A stretch of DNA of 64,000 bases from a virus: the IMG/VR virus record IMGVR_UViG_3300025015_000003; one strand, written 5' to 3'. A model generated the notes under the pieces. It had not been told where the DNA came from. It did not search any database and saw only the letters and a list, made by a program, of their open reading frames with translations. A program made the position numbers and the translations under genes. This document shows, one piece after another, positions 48,011-57,518 of this stretch (within the stretch, counting starts at the first letter, position 1; each line of letters opens with the position of its first letter).

Positions 48011-48420
48011 CGTGTAGCACAATACACCTGCCGCACTTTTACGGCCTACCATATAGGTTAAATATCATGACACGTAATGAATTGAATGCTGGCTCATTGA
48101 CAAGCTTGAAAGTCAAATTCAGAAAGCAAAACTGGCAATGGAAAAGGTTATTTCTTACCTCAATTCGCACGATTGGAAAGGTGCAAGCGAAGCGCACCGC
48201 GAGATTGATTACTGGTTGTCGCGTTGCAAAACACAACGCTTGATTGACGAACTGGAGACTGAAGATGTCTAAATATCTAACAGATGCTTGCGAAGAAATT
48301 GATGCGGCTGTCTTTTCAGGTGACGTTTTGTACCATGAAGGTGCTAAAAACTGAACTTAAAGAGTATATTGAACGTTGGTTACGAGCTATTGCTGAGCAC
48401 GAGAAATTGGAGAATGAACA

Positions 48421-49335
48421 ATGAAACAATTCCGCCCTATGCTCGCCAGTCCTGCTGACATGATCAAGTTACGCTTCCCGCTTTGGCTTAGTCCGAAGTT
48501 GGATGGTATTCGCGCTCTGGTCATTAATGGGATTGTCGTGAGCCGTAGTCTAAAGCCGATACCGAATCAACACGTTCAAGAACTGTTTGGTCATCTTGAA
48601 GGGTACGATGGTGAGTTGATCGTCGGCTCACCAACTGACAAGGATTGCTTCCGCAATACAACATCGGGTGTGATGTCTCGCGATGGTAAACCTAATGTTC
48701 GCTATTGTGTGTTCGATCGACATGACGTAGTTCTTCCTTGGGAAGATAGGTTCGATTCGTTGAACGAAGGGTTCGATGTTGAAAAGGTGGAACACATTTT
48801 TATCTATTCGCACGAAGAAATGGAAGCGTTAGAAACCATATATCTTGAACAAGGTTACGAAGGTGTCATGCTTCGTGATCCTAATGGCCCGTATAAGTAT
48901 GGTCGGTCTACTGCGAAGGAAGGTTGGCTGTTGAAAGTCAAACGATTTGAGGACAGCGAGGCCATTGTTCTCGGCATGGAAGAGAAGCTTCACAACGGGA
49001 ACGAGGCAACGGTTGGAGAACTTGGGCAGACCAAACGGACGTCGCATCAGGAAAACCTTGTACCATTGGACACAATGGGCGCATTGATTGTGAGTGACTT
49101 GAAAACCGGGGTTGAATTCAACATCGGAACAGGGTTCACTGATGAAGAACGTGATTGGTGGTGGAATAGATTAAATTGTTTAGATCATAAAGTTTCATTA
49201 CAGAACGACGGTGGCAGGTTGATCAGGTCTTCCATACCTCACTTAATTGTGAAGTACAAATACTTTGATAAGGGTTCTAAAACGAAGCCGAGGTTCCCCG
49301 CTTATCTCGGCATACGCCACAAGGAGGATATGTGA
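48421..49335 (+). CDS. ATP-dependent DNA ligase
   Basis: Motif I SPKLDGIRA (KxDGxR), motif IV EGVML, motif V LLKVK, and an OB-domain C-terminus. Confidence 0.8.
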   Translation: MKQFRPMLASPADMIKLRFPLWLSPKLDGIRALVINGIVVSRSLKPIPNQHVQELFGHLEGYDGELIVGSPTDKDCFRNTTSGVMSRDGKPNVRYCVFDRHDVVLPWEDRFDSLNEGFDVEKVEHIFIYSHEEMEALETIYLEQGYEGVMLRDPNGPYKYGRSTAKEGWLLKVKRFEDSEAIVLGMEEKLHNGNEATVGELGQTKRTSHQENLVPLDTMGALIVSDLKTGVEFNIGTGFTDEERDWWWNRLNCLDHKVSLQNDGGRLIRSSIPHLIVKYKYFDKGSKTKPRFPAYLGIRHKEDM

Positions 49336-49538
49336 TTGCTATCGTCAATGTTTCAAAGAAACCGACTCCTACGGGGCCGAATGATTACGAACTTCGAATA
49401 AATCAGAATGTCGTTTGTACGTTCACTCATAAACGCGAAGAGCCTCTGTCAAGGTGTTTGCGCCGTGCTGCTGACGCTTATGAACTTTATCTGTACGAAA
49501 TGTTTGAGGTGATCAACCATGATGAATCAATTCGTTAG
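49332..49538 (+). CDS. small hypothetical protein
   Basis: 68 aa. Confidence 0.3.
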   Translation: MIAIVNVSKKPTPTGPNDYELRINQNVVCTFTHKREEPLSRCLRRAADAYELYLYEMFEVINHDESIR

Positions 49539-49646
49539 AGTCTATTGGCCCGGTGGAATATCGTTAAGTTATTCACGTTGGGTATTGATTGAGAATCATC
49601 GGAATGGTTGGCAACAGATTCATAAGACGTTAGAGGTTGTCAAATA

Positions 49647-50150
49647 ATGCGCCCGAGTAAAGATCAGATATGGTTGAATATCTGCAAAGAGCTGGCGAAA
49701 CAAACTACCTGTGTCCGTAAAGGAGTTGGGTGCGTTTTACTTGACGCCAACGGACACGTTTTGTCAACCGGATACAACGGTGTGGCGTCGGGATTGCCGC
49801 ATTGTAATGAAGAGCGAAAAGACGGGGTTTGGTACGGCATCGAGTCTCCTGAAAAATTGAAATCGAAACTTCATTGTGAATATCCTCACGCCTGCGAAGG
49901 TGCGAAGTACGACAGTGGTGAAGGTCTGGGTAAATGTCAAGCGATCCATGCTGAGCAGAATGCCTTGCTTCAGTGCCCTGACATCATGAAGATTCACACC
50001 TGTTATACAACGTCAAGCCCTTGCAATGAACAGTGTATCAAGCTCTTGTTGAATACCTCCTGCCAACGGATCGTATTCCTTGAAGAGTACTCCAAGTCCG
50101 GAAAAGAGGCATGGCTTGCTGCTGGTAGGGAATGGGTGTATCATAGGTAA
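49647..50150 (+). CDS. dCMP deaminase (cytidine/deoxycytidylate deaminase family)
   Basis: Zinc motifs HAEQNAL (H-A-E) and SSPCNEQC (PCxxC). VRKGVGCVL N-terminal motif. Confidence 0.75.
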   Translation: MRPSKDQIWLNICKELAKQTTCVRKGVGCVLLDANGHVLSTGYNGVASGLPHCNEERKDGVWYGIESPEKLKSKLHCEYPHACEGAKYDSGEGLGKCQAIHAEQNALLQCPDIMKIHTCYTTSSPCNEQCIKLLLNTSCQRIVFLEEYSKSGKEAWLAAGREWVYHR

Positions 50151-50216
50151 ACAAGCGTTGTTAACGAACATGGTGTGCGGTATAGTTTGCTTGCCATAAT
50201 TAACAAGGGTAGACAA

Positions 50217-50390
50217 ATGAAAATTGAACCAGACGTTGAAGACCCTCAATACAAAATGCCGCGAGAAAACGGTGCGCCGATTTTATCGGAAGATGATGTG
50301 CGCCGAATCATGAGAGAAATGCTGAAAGACTACGCTACGAAGAACTTCGTTAACGAAAGTTTTCGGTCTTACGATAGAAGTTGGGACTGA
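50217..50390 (+). CDS. small hypothetical protein
   Basis: 57 aa. Confidence 0.3.
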   Translation: MKIEPDVEDPQYKMPRENGAPILSEDDVRRIMREMLKDYATKNFVNESFRSYDRSWD

Positions 50391-50508
50391 AAATGAACTT
50401 CGTAGTGTCGTTACTTCTTTCGCTTTGCTTTATTTCACCAAGTAAATCAAGTGCTCCGCAAGGGTTACTTGATTGTAATTTCGATCAACGAAACGTGTAT
50501 CATTGCAA

Positions 50509-50664
50509 ATGACCTGGAAACTACGTCACTTCGAACCTGAAACCCGTTGGTGTTCTTCTTGCAGGAACTCTAAGTTCATAAAAGGTGGTGAGTTTATCAC
50601 CTACAACAACGGATTGAATCGTAAATGGGTATGCTCTGATTGTCTAAGGAGTCGTGATGTCTGA
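50509..50664 (+). CDS. small zinc-ribbon protein
   Basis: 51 aa. CSSC...CSDC. Confidence 0.3.
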   Translation: MTWKLRHFEPETRWCSSCRNSKFIKGGEFITYNNGLNRKWVCSDCLRSRDV

Positions 50665-50932
50665 TCTTAAACGGTTTATAAAGCGCGCAGATAAACTTGT
50701 CGCTGAGGTTTACGACAAAGGGTGGGAAGATTGTCGTGATTATTACGCAAGTCTTCCGATCAACCCTGCGAAGACTGAAATGCTTGAGAAGGAGAATCTT
50801 ATACAGAAGCGAAGGTTGGCTCTTGCCGTCAGATTGCTACGACTGGCACAAACAAGTGAATGTGGTAAGCTTGGACAATACGATAGGTTCTTTGAAGAAG
50901 GTTACGAAGAAGGGTTTGAAGATTATGTCTGA
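50657..50932 (+). CDS. hypothetical protein
   Basis: 91 aa. Confidence 0.4.
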   Translation: MSDLKRFIKRADKLVAEVYDKGWEDCRDYYASLPINPAKTEMLEKENLIQKRRLALAVRLLRLAQTSECGKLGQYDRFFEEGYEEGFEDYV

Positions 50933-51107
50933 AAGAGAAGAAGTCATTCGTGAGTGTATTGAGTATCTCAAAGGTCGCCCTGGAAGAAACGCAATCAGCT
51001 CATTGAAAGCATTGCTAAATAGTGAACTTGAGAAACAAATTCAAAGCAAACCTGCCGAGGATCACCCTTGGCGGCAAACATCAACGGGTCGCCTCAACTT
51101 AACCTAA
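50926..51107 (+). CDS. small hypothetical protein
   Basis: 60 aa. MSEREEVIRECIEYLKG... Confidence 0.35.
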
Positions 51108-51162
51108 AGGAGAACGTTGATGCAGGGATGCTCGGCGACCCATCCCTAAAGTAATTACTTAT

Positions 51163-51190
51163 TGCAGGCGACAATTAATGCTGTAAAATT
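51163..51190 (+). promoter_or_regulatory. sigma70-like promoter candidate TTGCAG-N16-TAAAAT within nested inverted repeats
   Basis: Hexamers read directly. Lies inside the TTGCAG...CTGCAA inverted repeat, upstream of gene 51270. Confidence 0.3.
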
Positions 51191-51269
51191 GTAATTGTGC
51201 TGCAAGGTTACCGAGCAGCTTAACCCAAGGTCGGCACAATAGAGCAGACCGAACATAGGAGCTTCGATC

Positions 51270-51755
51270 ATGAAGCTTGTCAAAGTTCTCTCAGAGCAAT
51301 GGTTCAAAAACGCGCCGTTCCATGAAGTAAAGATGGTCGGTATCAAACATCTCGGTATCCCTGCTGAGAAGTTTGAGAACAAGCAGCCTGAAGGATTCAA
51401 ACGGGCGCTTGTGCGGCAGACATTCAATGCAAGTCATGAATACGGTGAAGAGTTCGAAATCATCGAACCTCCGAATCCTTTTGGAACCCCCGGTAAGCGC
51501 AAGTCCCCTGGAACAAGTGCGAACTACGACTATTCGTTTGTCAAGAATGGTCTTCGCGCCCCTGACGGTGACATCCGCCACGAGATGATGGAAGTCATTG
51601 CTCGCAATACCTCAGTCAAAGCAGCGATTGCCGACTGGGAAACCGATCACACTCCGGGTGAGAAGTACACAAAAGAGGGTAAAGGGGTCTTCACCTTTGC
51701 AGAACAAATCGCGTGGTCATTGACTCGCGGCTGGATCATCAAGACAGGAGAATAA
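51270..51755 (+). CDS. hypothetical protein
   Basis: 161 aa. Confidence 0.45.
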   Translation: MKLVKVLSEQWFKNAPFHEVKMVGIKHLGIPAEKFENKQPEGFKRALVRQTFNASHEYGEEFEIIEPPNPFGTPGKRKSPGTSANYDYSFVKNGLRAPDGDIRHEMMEVIARNTSVKAAIADWETDHTPGEKYTKEGKGVFTFAEQIAWSLTRGWIIKTGE

Positions 51756-51756
51756 A

Positions 51757-52242
51757 ATGGGACGAGAAGTAAGGATGGTTCCTGCAGACTGGCAACACCC
51801 AAAATCTGAAAACGGTGAGTTTATCCCATTGTTTCCAGGAGACCGTTATCAATCGCGAGTCGACAATTGGGACAAAGAAAAGGAAGAATGGGAACGAGGT
51901 GAGTTTCCTGATTATGTCAGTGATGAAAATAAGAAGTTGACATTCGAAGAATGGGTAGGCGCTCGTCCGAATGTTGAAGATTACATGTCGAATTGGCCTG
52001 CTGAACAACGCACTCACTTCATGATGTACGAAGACACAACCAAAGGTACGCCGATCAGCCCTGCTTTCGAGACTTCTGAAGAGTTGGCCCAATGGTTGGT
52101 GGACAATAACGCCAGTGCGTTCGGAAGTCAAACAGGGTCGTATGAAGGTTGGTTGCGTATCGCCCGAGGCGGATGGGCACCTTCGCTGATGATTGCTGAC
52201 GGAATTATGGTCAGTGGCGTTGATTTTAAAACAGGAGAATGA
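51757..52242 (+). CDS. hypothetical protein
   Basis: 161 aa. Confidence 0.45.
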   Translation: MGREVRMVPADWQHPKSENGEFIPLFPGDRYQSRVDNWDKEKEEWERGEFPDYVSDENKKLTFEEWVGARPNVEDYMSNWPAEQRTHFMMYEDTTKGTPISPAFETSEELAQWLVDNNASAFGSQTGSYEGWLRIARGGWAPSLMIADGIMVSGVDFKTGE

Positions 52243-52460
52243 TAATGCTGTATCACGTTTACAAACAAAATATCCCTTCAGTTGTCGCCAAGGGTAAAAG
52301 TAATTATTTGAAGATGTATGATGCCGATCTTCAACTGGTCAATACGATCTTTGTTGAGTCAGGTTGCCCGATTGAAGCTGCGAAGGAGAAAGGATACGAA
52401 TTCCCGATCGTTGAGTGCGTAAACGGATACGATCCTGAAACTGGGAAACCGAGAAAATGA
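52239..52460 (+). CDS. hypothetical protein
   Basis: 73 aa. Confidence 0.4.
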   Translation: MIMLYHVYKQNIPSVVAKGKSNYLKMYDADLQLVNTIFVESGCPIEAAKEKGYEFPIVECVNGYDPETGKPRK

Positions 52461-52630
52461 TTAACAATATCATGTTCATCATAGGTTGTTCGATGATGGG
52501 GTATCTTATTCCTGAAGCGATCACCGCATTTACGAAAGTTCATTTCTACACTGCGACCAATGTGGTCAATGATTGCAGTCGGTCTAATTGCTGCGTCTTT
52601 TACGTTGTAAATGATTTAAACCTTGGTTAA

Positions 52631-52680
52631 TATTTACCTGCCGCTATGTAACGCGGTAACTTTATAGGGGTACTGAAATG
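52631..52680 (+). promoter_or_regulatory. conserved hairpin + CTTATAGGGG element (copy 1)
   Basis: TATTTACCTGCCGC-hairpin-CTTTATAGGGG-N8-ATG. One of six copies. Confidence 0.5.
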
Positions 52681-52806
52681 AACGATCGATACAAACGTCG
52701 TAAACCAACGTGGTCAGAATACTCGCAACGGCAATTGAATGCGTTGGCTCAGATGAAGGGGTTGGAAAAGGTTTTGCACAGACACAAACGTTCGGCCGGG
52801 AAGTAA
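52678..52806 (+). CDS. small basic protein
   Basis: 42-aa ORF MNDRYKRRKPTWSEY... expressed from the motif-1 initiation region. Confidence 0.3.
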   Translation: MNDRYKRRKPTWSEYSQRQLNALAQMKGLEKVLHRHKRSAGK

Positions 52807-52836
52807 CGCGGTAACTTTATAGGGGTACTGAAAATG
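52803..52836 (+). promoter_or_regulatory. conserved hairpin + CTTTATAGGGG element (copy 2; 31-bp direct repeat of copy 1)
   Basis: GTAACGCGGTAACTTTATAGGGGTACTGAAA repeated at 52647 and 52803. Confidence 0.5.
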
Positions 52837-53052
52837 AAATTCGCAATACGTATCGGTTACAGTCAATGCTTGGTAATGGATCAAGTTACTTTCAACAAAC
52901 TCACTGAAGTGCTGAGCAAATCCGAGGTACGTTACATTAACGGATACGGTGCTGATGCACTTTACACGCCGGACAAAATGGAAGTGATCATTATGACGAT
53001 AAAGGATGATCAGTTGGTTGACGCTCTTCCTTCTGTTGAACCTACTGAATAA
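52834..53052 (+). CDS. hypothetical protein
   Basis: 72 aa. Followed by a perfect 8-bp hairpin ACCGGAGG-N8-CCTCCGGT at 53061-53084. Confidence 0.4.
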   Translation: MKFAIRIGYSQCLVMDQVTFNKLTEVLSKSEVRYINGYGADALYTPDKMEVIIMTIKDDQLVDALPSVEPTE

Positions 53053-53098
53053 CCGATTAAACCGGAGGCGTGACAACCTCCGGTAAAAGGAGAATGAA

Positions 53099-53263
53099 AT
53101 GGTTGCTAGATTCAAAATCACAAGAGACGCAAGTGGAACTTGGTATCGTCTCTATGAACGACACCTTTTGTTCTTTTACAACTATGTCGATTGTTTCAAA
53201 ACCTACGACGACTGTGTTGAAGCTATTGAAAATCTGAAATATATTCGTTATTTGAGGAGTTGA
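53099..53263 (+). CDS. YegP/DUF1508-like small protein
   Basis: ARFKITRDASGTWYRLYERH matches the K-x-G-x-WRFRL signature of the YegP family. 54 aa. Confidence 0.4.
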   Translation: MVARFKITRDASGTWYRLYERHLLFFYNYVDCFKTYDDCVEAIENLKYIRYLRS

Positions 53264-53265
53264 AC

Positions 53266-54432
53266 ATGGTACATGAATTAGACTTTTCAACCGGCGAAGC
53301 TGCGATGGCATATGTCGGTAATACCCCTTGGCACGGTTTGGGATTTAACCTTGAAAAAGGTGCATCCATTGAGGAATGGGCGAAAGCTGCACGAATGGAG
53401 TGGGAGATCTTCCGTGCTCCTGTGAAGTTTGATGTTGTTCGTGATCAACTTTTGGAAGTTGATGGTAAAGTATACACTTCTGAAGTGCAGAAACAGATGC
53501 AGGAAGACTTCGGGGTATCTGCGCTCACACAGACAATCATCTACCCTGACAAACATGTTCTGTACCGTAGCGATACGAACAGCCCGCTGTCGGTGGTCAG
53601 TCCTTCTTACAACATCGTGCAGCCCCAGGAAGTGCTTGAGTTCTACCGTGACCTCGTTGGTACAGCAGACATGCAGCTTGAGACTGCGGGTGTTCTGTTT
53701 GGCGGGCGACGTTTCTGGGCGCTTGCCGACACAGGAAGGATGGCTGAACTGGCGGGCACGAAGGTCGACGGAAAGATGATACCTGACACAGTCAAAGGTT
53801 ATCTTCTTTTGACCACGTCGTGTGATGGTACGTTGGCAACGACGGCGCAGTTTACGTCTGTAAGAGTTGTCTGTAACAATACTTTGTCCATTGCAACAAA
53901 GGATAACAACACGCGCATTCGTGTCCCTCATAATCGCGTATGGAAACCTTCGGAAGTCAAGGAGCAACTCGGATTCATTGATGAAGGTTGGAATAAGTTC
54001 TCGCAACAGTTGAAAACCTTGGCAGGTAAAACTGCGCCACGTTACAAAGCTGTTGAATACTTGGTGACGCTCTTCGGTGATCTTGATGTTGTCGAGCGGC
54101 CGGTTCCCACAGGTGCAAGGCATGAGGAAACTGAAGCGTTTTTGAAAGCCCGAGCCGATTGGTGGGAAGAAACCATTGCTTCGCAATCTCCTGCGGTGAC
54201 ACAGAAGTGCGCCAACGTCTGGTCATTGTTCGCAGGCGAAGGGATGGGTAGCGATTATACGAGCAGTAATGGAACTTGGTTCGGTTTGGTCAACGCGATA
54301 ACAGAAACAATGGACTACCACACCTCGCACCGCACTACAGACAGTCGCTTGAATAATTCCTGGTATGGTGCTGGAAACACACTGAAGACCAAGGCATTTG
54401 AACTGGCACTTGATTACGTCGCAACAACTTAA
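53266..54432 (+). CDS. DUF932-like phage/plasmid protein
   Basis: N-terminus HELDFSTGEAAMAYVGNTPWHGLG is the remembered hallmark of DUF932/TIGR03299. ATG 53266 follows a GAGGAG SD. Confidence 0.5.
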   Translation: MVHELDFSTGEAAMAYVGNTPWHGLGFNLEKGASIEEWAKAARMEWEIFRAPVKFDVVRDQLLEVDGKVYTSEVQKQMQEDFGVSALTQTIIYPDKHVLYRSDTNSPLSVVSPSYNIVQPQEVLEFYRDLVGTADMQLETAGVLFGGRRFWALADTGRMAELAGTKVDGKMIPDTVKGYLLLTTSCDGTLATTAQFTSVRVVCNNTLSIATKDNNTRIRVPHNRVWKPSEVKEQLGFIDEGWNKFSQQLKTLAGKTAPRYKAVEYLVTLFGDLDVVERPVPTGARHEETEAFLKARADWWEETIASQSPAVTQKCANVWSLFAGEGMGSDYTSSNGTWFGLVNAITETMDYHTSHRTTDSRLNNSWYGAGNTLKTKAFELALDYVATT

Positions 54433-54488
54433 TGACAGGTTTATCCTGTAAACTTACAGGGTAGTTAAACAATTTCATAGGAGTTAAA

Positions 54489-54728
54489 TTGACTAATCTT
54501 GTAAACCTTTTTCCTGCTACCAACGAAGTTCAATCTGAAACACCTGAGCAGTTGTTGGAGCGCACGTTGCCAGTTCTTAAAGGCTGCGATAAAGTAATCA
54601 TCATTACCATCGATGATCGCGCTGGTTTCTGGCAAACCAATATCTTCAAAGCCGGGGCGTCAAATGCTGAAGCGAATTTGGCAATTGACATTGTGAAGCG
54701 TCATTTACTGGAGACGATTACGTCATGA
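54489..54728 (+). CDS. hypothetical protein (TTG start)
   Basis: 79 aa. Confidence 0.3.
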   Translation: MTNLVNLFPATNEVQSETPEQLLERTLPVLKGCDKVIIITIDDRAGFWQTNIFKAGASNAEANLAIDIVKRHLLETITS

Positions 54729-54913
54729 AATTAGTCATAGTTCTTTCGTTAATCATAACGGCAATCGTTGTAACGATGATCTTCCTTACAAAGGAACAAC
54801 GAAACAAAGTGTTTCAATACGGTAGAAAGATCTTCCTACCTTTCTTGTTAGTCGTAGTGACGTTGTTCTCACTTCTTGTTGTTCTATCAACTTCAACCTT
54901 TAAGGTGTTCTAA
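54725..54913 (+). CDS. small two-TM membrane protein
   Basis: 62 aa with two hydrophobic helices. Confidence 0.4.
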   Translation: MKLVIVLSLIITAIVVTMIFLTKEQRNKVFQYGRKIFLPFLLVVVTLFSLLVVLSTSTFKVF

Positions 54914-55714
54914 ATGAAAAAGTTTATCGTCGCTCCTCTTTTGTTTGCAATGTTCGGCTGTACTCAAATCGACACAGGTAACGTCGGTGTGGAGGCGTCC
55001 CTTGGGCAAGTGAAGGAAGAAGAAAATCTTCCTGGTATGTATTTCACGATGTTCAAAACTGTAAACGAAGTCTCTGTAAAAGAGATTGCACTGCCGTTGA
55101 ATGACTTGCGTCCGAAGTCTGCAGACAACCTTACGATGGCAGACTTCGACGTCGACATTTACTATAAGATCGATCCTACAAAGGCTGCCGACATCATGGT
55201 GCGTTACGCAGGGGATATGTCTGCAATGCAAGACGGAACAATGATTGTCGGTAACGGGTTTGTCTATCGTAATGCTCGTGAAGCAACCTACCAAGTCGCT
55301 TCGGGGTTCAACGGTGCAGATATGAACCCCAAGCGGCCGGAAATTGCTGAAAAGATTCGTTCAAATCTTCAAGCAGAACTTGACAAAACGACAGGTAAGA
55401 ACTGGTTCGTTATCACCAATGTGAACATTCGCAACATTGTGACTGATCCTCAGATTGAGGCCGCAATTCGATCTGCTGCTCAAACGCAATTCGAAGTGAG
55501 TCGTAAACAACAAGAACTCGAACTGGCTAAGGCGGAAGCAGACCGATTGCGAGTTGAGGCCAAAGGGCAGGCTGATGCAAATGAAATCATTGCAAGAAGT
55601 TTGACACCGACGCTGATACGTTTGCGTGAAATTGAAATGCAAGCACGTTTCGCAAAAGAAGGTACGCATACGGTCATGCTAGGTAATGCGACTCCGTTAG
55701 TTCAGGTGAAGTAG
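54914..55714 (+). CDS. SPFH/band-7 (prohibitin/HflC-like) domain lipoprotein
   Basis: Signal peptide plus Cys (LLFAMFGC). SPFH core followed by a coiled-coil with the typical QQELELAKAEADRLRVEAKGQADANEII segment. Confidence 0.6.
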   Translation: MKKFIVAPLLFAMFGCTQIDTGNVGVEASLGQVKEEENLPGMYFTMFKTVNEVSVKEIALPLNDLRPKSADNLTMADFDVDIYYKIDPTKAADIMVRYAGDMSAMQDGTMIVGNGFVYRNAREATYQVASGFNGADMNPKRPEIAEKIRSNLQAELDKTTGKNWFVITNVNIRNIVTDPQIEAAIRSAAQTQFEVSRKQQELELAKAEADRLRVEAKGQADANEIIARSLTPTLIRLREIEMQARFAKEGTHTVMLGNATPLVQVK

Positions 55715-55760
55715 TTCGTAGGTTAAGGGTTGAAAATTCTAACAAATCAAAGGAAACATC

Positions 55761-55895
55761 ATGCACATTGAAGTACAGTTGAGATTTACAAAGGAAATGA
55801 CTGAGAAGTTGGTTGAAATCGCAAACTCTGCAGAGGTTACTGTTGAGGAACTTATCAAGGTGATTCTTGCATTACAACTTCAAAAAGGTGAATGA
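55761..55895 (+). CDS. small ribbon-helix-helix-like protein
   Basis: 44 aa. Beta-strand HIEVQLRF followed by two helices, RHH/Arc-like. Confidence 0.3.
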   Translation: MHIEVQLRFTKEMTEKLVEIANSAEVTVEELIKVILALQLQKGE

Positions 55896-55896
55896 A

Positions 55897-56070
55897 ATGA
55901 TTATACTGACTACGACAAACGGAACTGCGTTGATCAATCAAGCATACATCCTGGCGATTACACCTTCTGAAGAAGTTGGTTTGACCGACGTTTTCATTGG
56001 TGAACTTTGTATCCCAGTTAAGGAAACCGTTGAGCAGATCATCGGGATAATTCAGATGAAGTACAATTAG
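55897..56070 (+). CDS. small hypothetical protein
   Basis: 57 aa. Confidence 0.3.
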   Translation: MIILTTTNGTALINQAYILAITPSEEVGLTDVFIGELCIPVKETVEQIIGIIQMKYN

Positions 56071-56238
56071 AGCGAAATAGTTGTTGCATTAAAGAGTGGT
56101 CGCTGTATAATTCGTTACGTGGTGGATGTGTGGAAAGCAGATATCGGGATCGACATAACCGATGACTGAAAGCCCTGCGTATTCACCACACCCTTTTTAT
56201 CTTTTTACACTTTGCCGGAATGGCAATAGGAGAATCAA

Positions 56239-56751
56239 ATGTCTGATGAAATGATGGTTGCTGATAAGGCAGGTATGTTGGTCGGTACTGACGCGAACGG
56301 TGCAGTTGAAGTTATCGGTTGGGTGATGGCTGGTGATGAGTATGATCTGCGTGAAGGTGAGACTCTGGTTACGCATCACAAGACCGCTGAGAAACTGGGT
56401 GTTGGCGATGTGTTCAAGGAAATGAAAGCTGAGAATGCTCCGGTGAAGGCCAAGAAAGAAAAGGTCGAAGGCGAAGTTGTTCAACGTGCTCCTCGCGGCC
56501 CGCGTGTTGAGATCACCAAAGAGATGGATTATACCGTTCTCAAGGCTGACTTCGATGCAACGACTGACGAAGGTCCTCGTGGTGAAGCCTTCAAGCTGAT
56601 GATGCAGTGTACCAATGTTGGTAAGTATCTTGAAGTCTGCAACGGTTATACGCATACCAAGAAGGACGGCACCGAAGTGACCTACTCCGCCGAGACCTGT
56701 CTGCGTTATGCAATCAAGCGTGGTGCAATCGCTCTGAACGTCGCTGCGTAA
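56239..56751 (+). CDS. hypothetical protein
   Basis: 170 aa with a GGAGAA SD. Confidence 0.45.
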   Translation: MSDEMMVADKAGMLVGTDANGAVEVIGWVMAGDEYDLREGETLVTHHKTAEKLGVGDVFKEMKAENAPVKAKKEKVEGEVVQRAPRGPRVEITKEMDYTVLKADFDATTDEGPRGEAFKLMMQCTNVGKYLEVCNGYTHTKKDGTEVTYSAETCLRYAIKRGAIALNVAA

Positions 56752-56767
56752 TTCAACCTCCGCCGTT

Positions 56768-56803
56768 AGCCCCGCCCGATCTTCGGATTCGGCGGGCTTT
56801 TTG
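56768..56803 (+). terminator. rho-independent terminator
   Basis: GC-rich stem CCCGCCCG...CGGCGGG followed by TTTTT. Confidence 0.6.
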
Positions 56804-56926
56804 CTTATTAGGTGGCGCGTTTTAAGGCTGCGGAGCAAAGCAGGGTATGCCGTAGTATGTGGCAGCTAACTCTGATGCGCTGTAGGTGTGCCGTATTGCG
56901 TAGGAACGGGGCGTTTGTTAGTATTG

Positions 56927-56968
56927 CATTGCCGTTACATAACGGCAAACTTATAGGGGCTAGAAATG
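56927..56968 (+). promoter_or_regulatory. conserved hairpin + CTTATAGGGG element (copy 3)
   Basis: GCCGTTACATAACGGC hairpin, then AAACTTATAGGGGCTAGAAATG. Confidence 0.5.
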
Positions 56969-57058
56969 AAACGTCAATTTCAGCAACATCAATTCTACTG
57001 GTTTGTCGCACTGCCTTGCGATCTCCCACGTTGCCACATTCTTTAAGGAGTTACGATC

Positions 57059-57244
57059 ATGTCTGAAGACTACGAAATGATTGCAATCTTGATGAGCCGT
57101 GATGGTATGTCCCGTGAAGAGGTCATGGGACAAATCAACGGATTCAAGGATGAACTATTGAATGGCGATTGCTATGACGCTGAAGAGTTGTTCATGGAAG
57201 CATTTGACCTTGAGCCTGACTACCTGATTGACATCCTGTTTTAA
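57059..57244 (+). CDS. small acidic protein
   Basis: 61 aa. Confidence 0.4.
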   Translation: MSEDYEMIAILMSRDGMSREEVMGQINGFKDELLNGDCYDAEELFMEAFDLEPDYLIDILF

Positions 57245-57250
57245 GGAGAA

Positions 57251-57424
57251 ATGAAATATCGTGTCTATGATGTTGTAACTGATGAAACAGTCATGATCAA
57301 CGGTGAAGAGGCAGGATTTGATCACTTGTCAGATGCAGAAAATGCAAGTATGAAGATCAACGTTCAGTTACAGGGCGCACTCGCAACCGATGTTCAAACT
57401 ATTTTTGAATACGGGGACGAATAA
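57251..57424 (+). CDS. small hypothetical protein
   Basis: 57 aa with an AAGGAGA SD. Confidence 0.35.
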   Translation: MKYRVYDVVTDETVMINGEEAGFDHLSDAENASMKINVQLQGALATDVQTIFEYGDE

Positions 57425-57474
57425 CTTCGGGCCTCTAACCTGCGCTGTTTGCATACGACGTTGCGGCATGGCAC

Positions 57475-57518
57475 TATTTACCTGCCGCAACGTTGCGGCT
57501 TATAGGAGAAATGAAATG
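57475..57518 (+). promoter_or_regulatory. conserved hairpin + CTTATAGGAG element (copy 4)
   Basis: TATTTACCTGCCGCAACGTTGCGGC (16-nt perfect palindrome) then TTATAGGAGAAATGAAATG. Confidence 0.5.

Noticed and set aside
53287-54186. 299-aa minus-strand ORF antisense to the DUF932-like gene
   Set aside because: Arg/Cys-rich, no start context. The plus-strand frame has the conserved N-terminal hallmark.
56951-56968. TATAGGGG read as a T7-class promoter +1 site with a leaderless message
   Set aside because: The same bases supply the only SD (AGGGG/AGGAG) 8 nt before each start codon, and no single-subunit RNAP gene is present in the window. Kept only as a regulatory-motif family, not called as T7 promoters.
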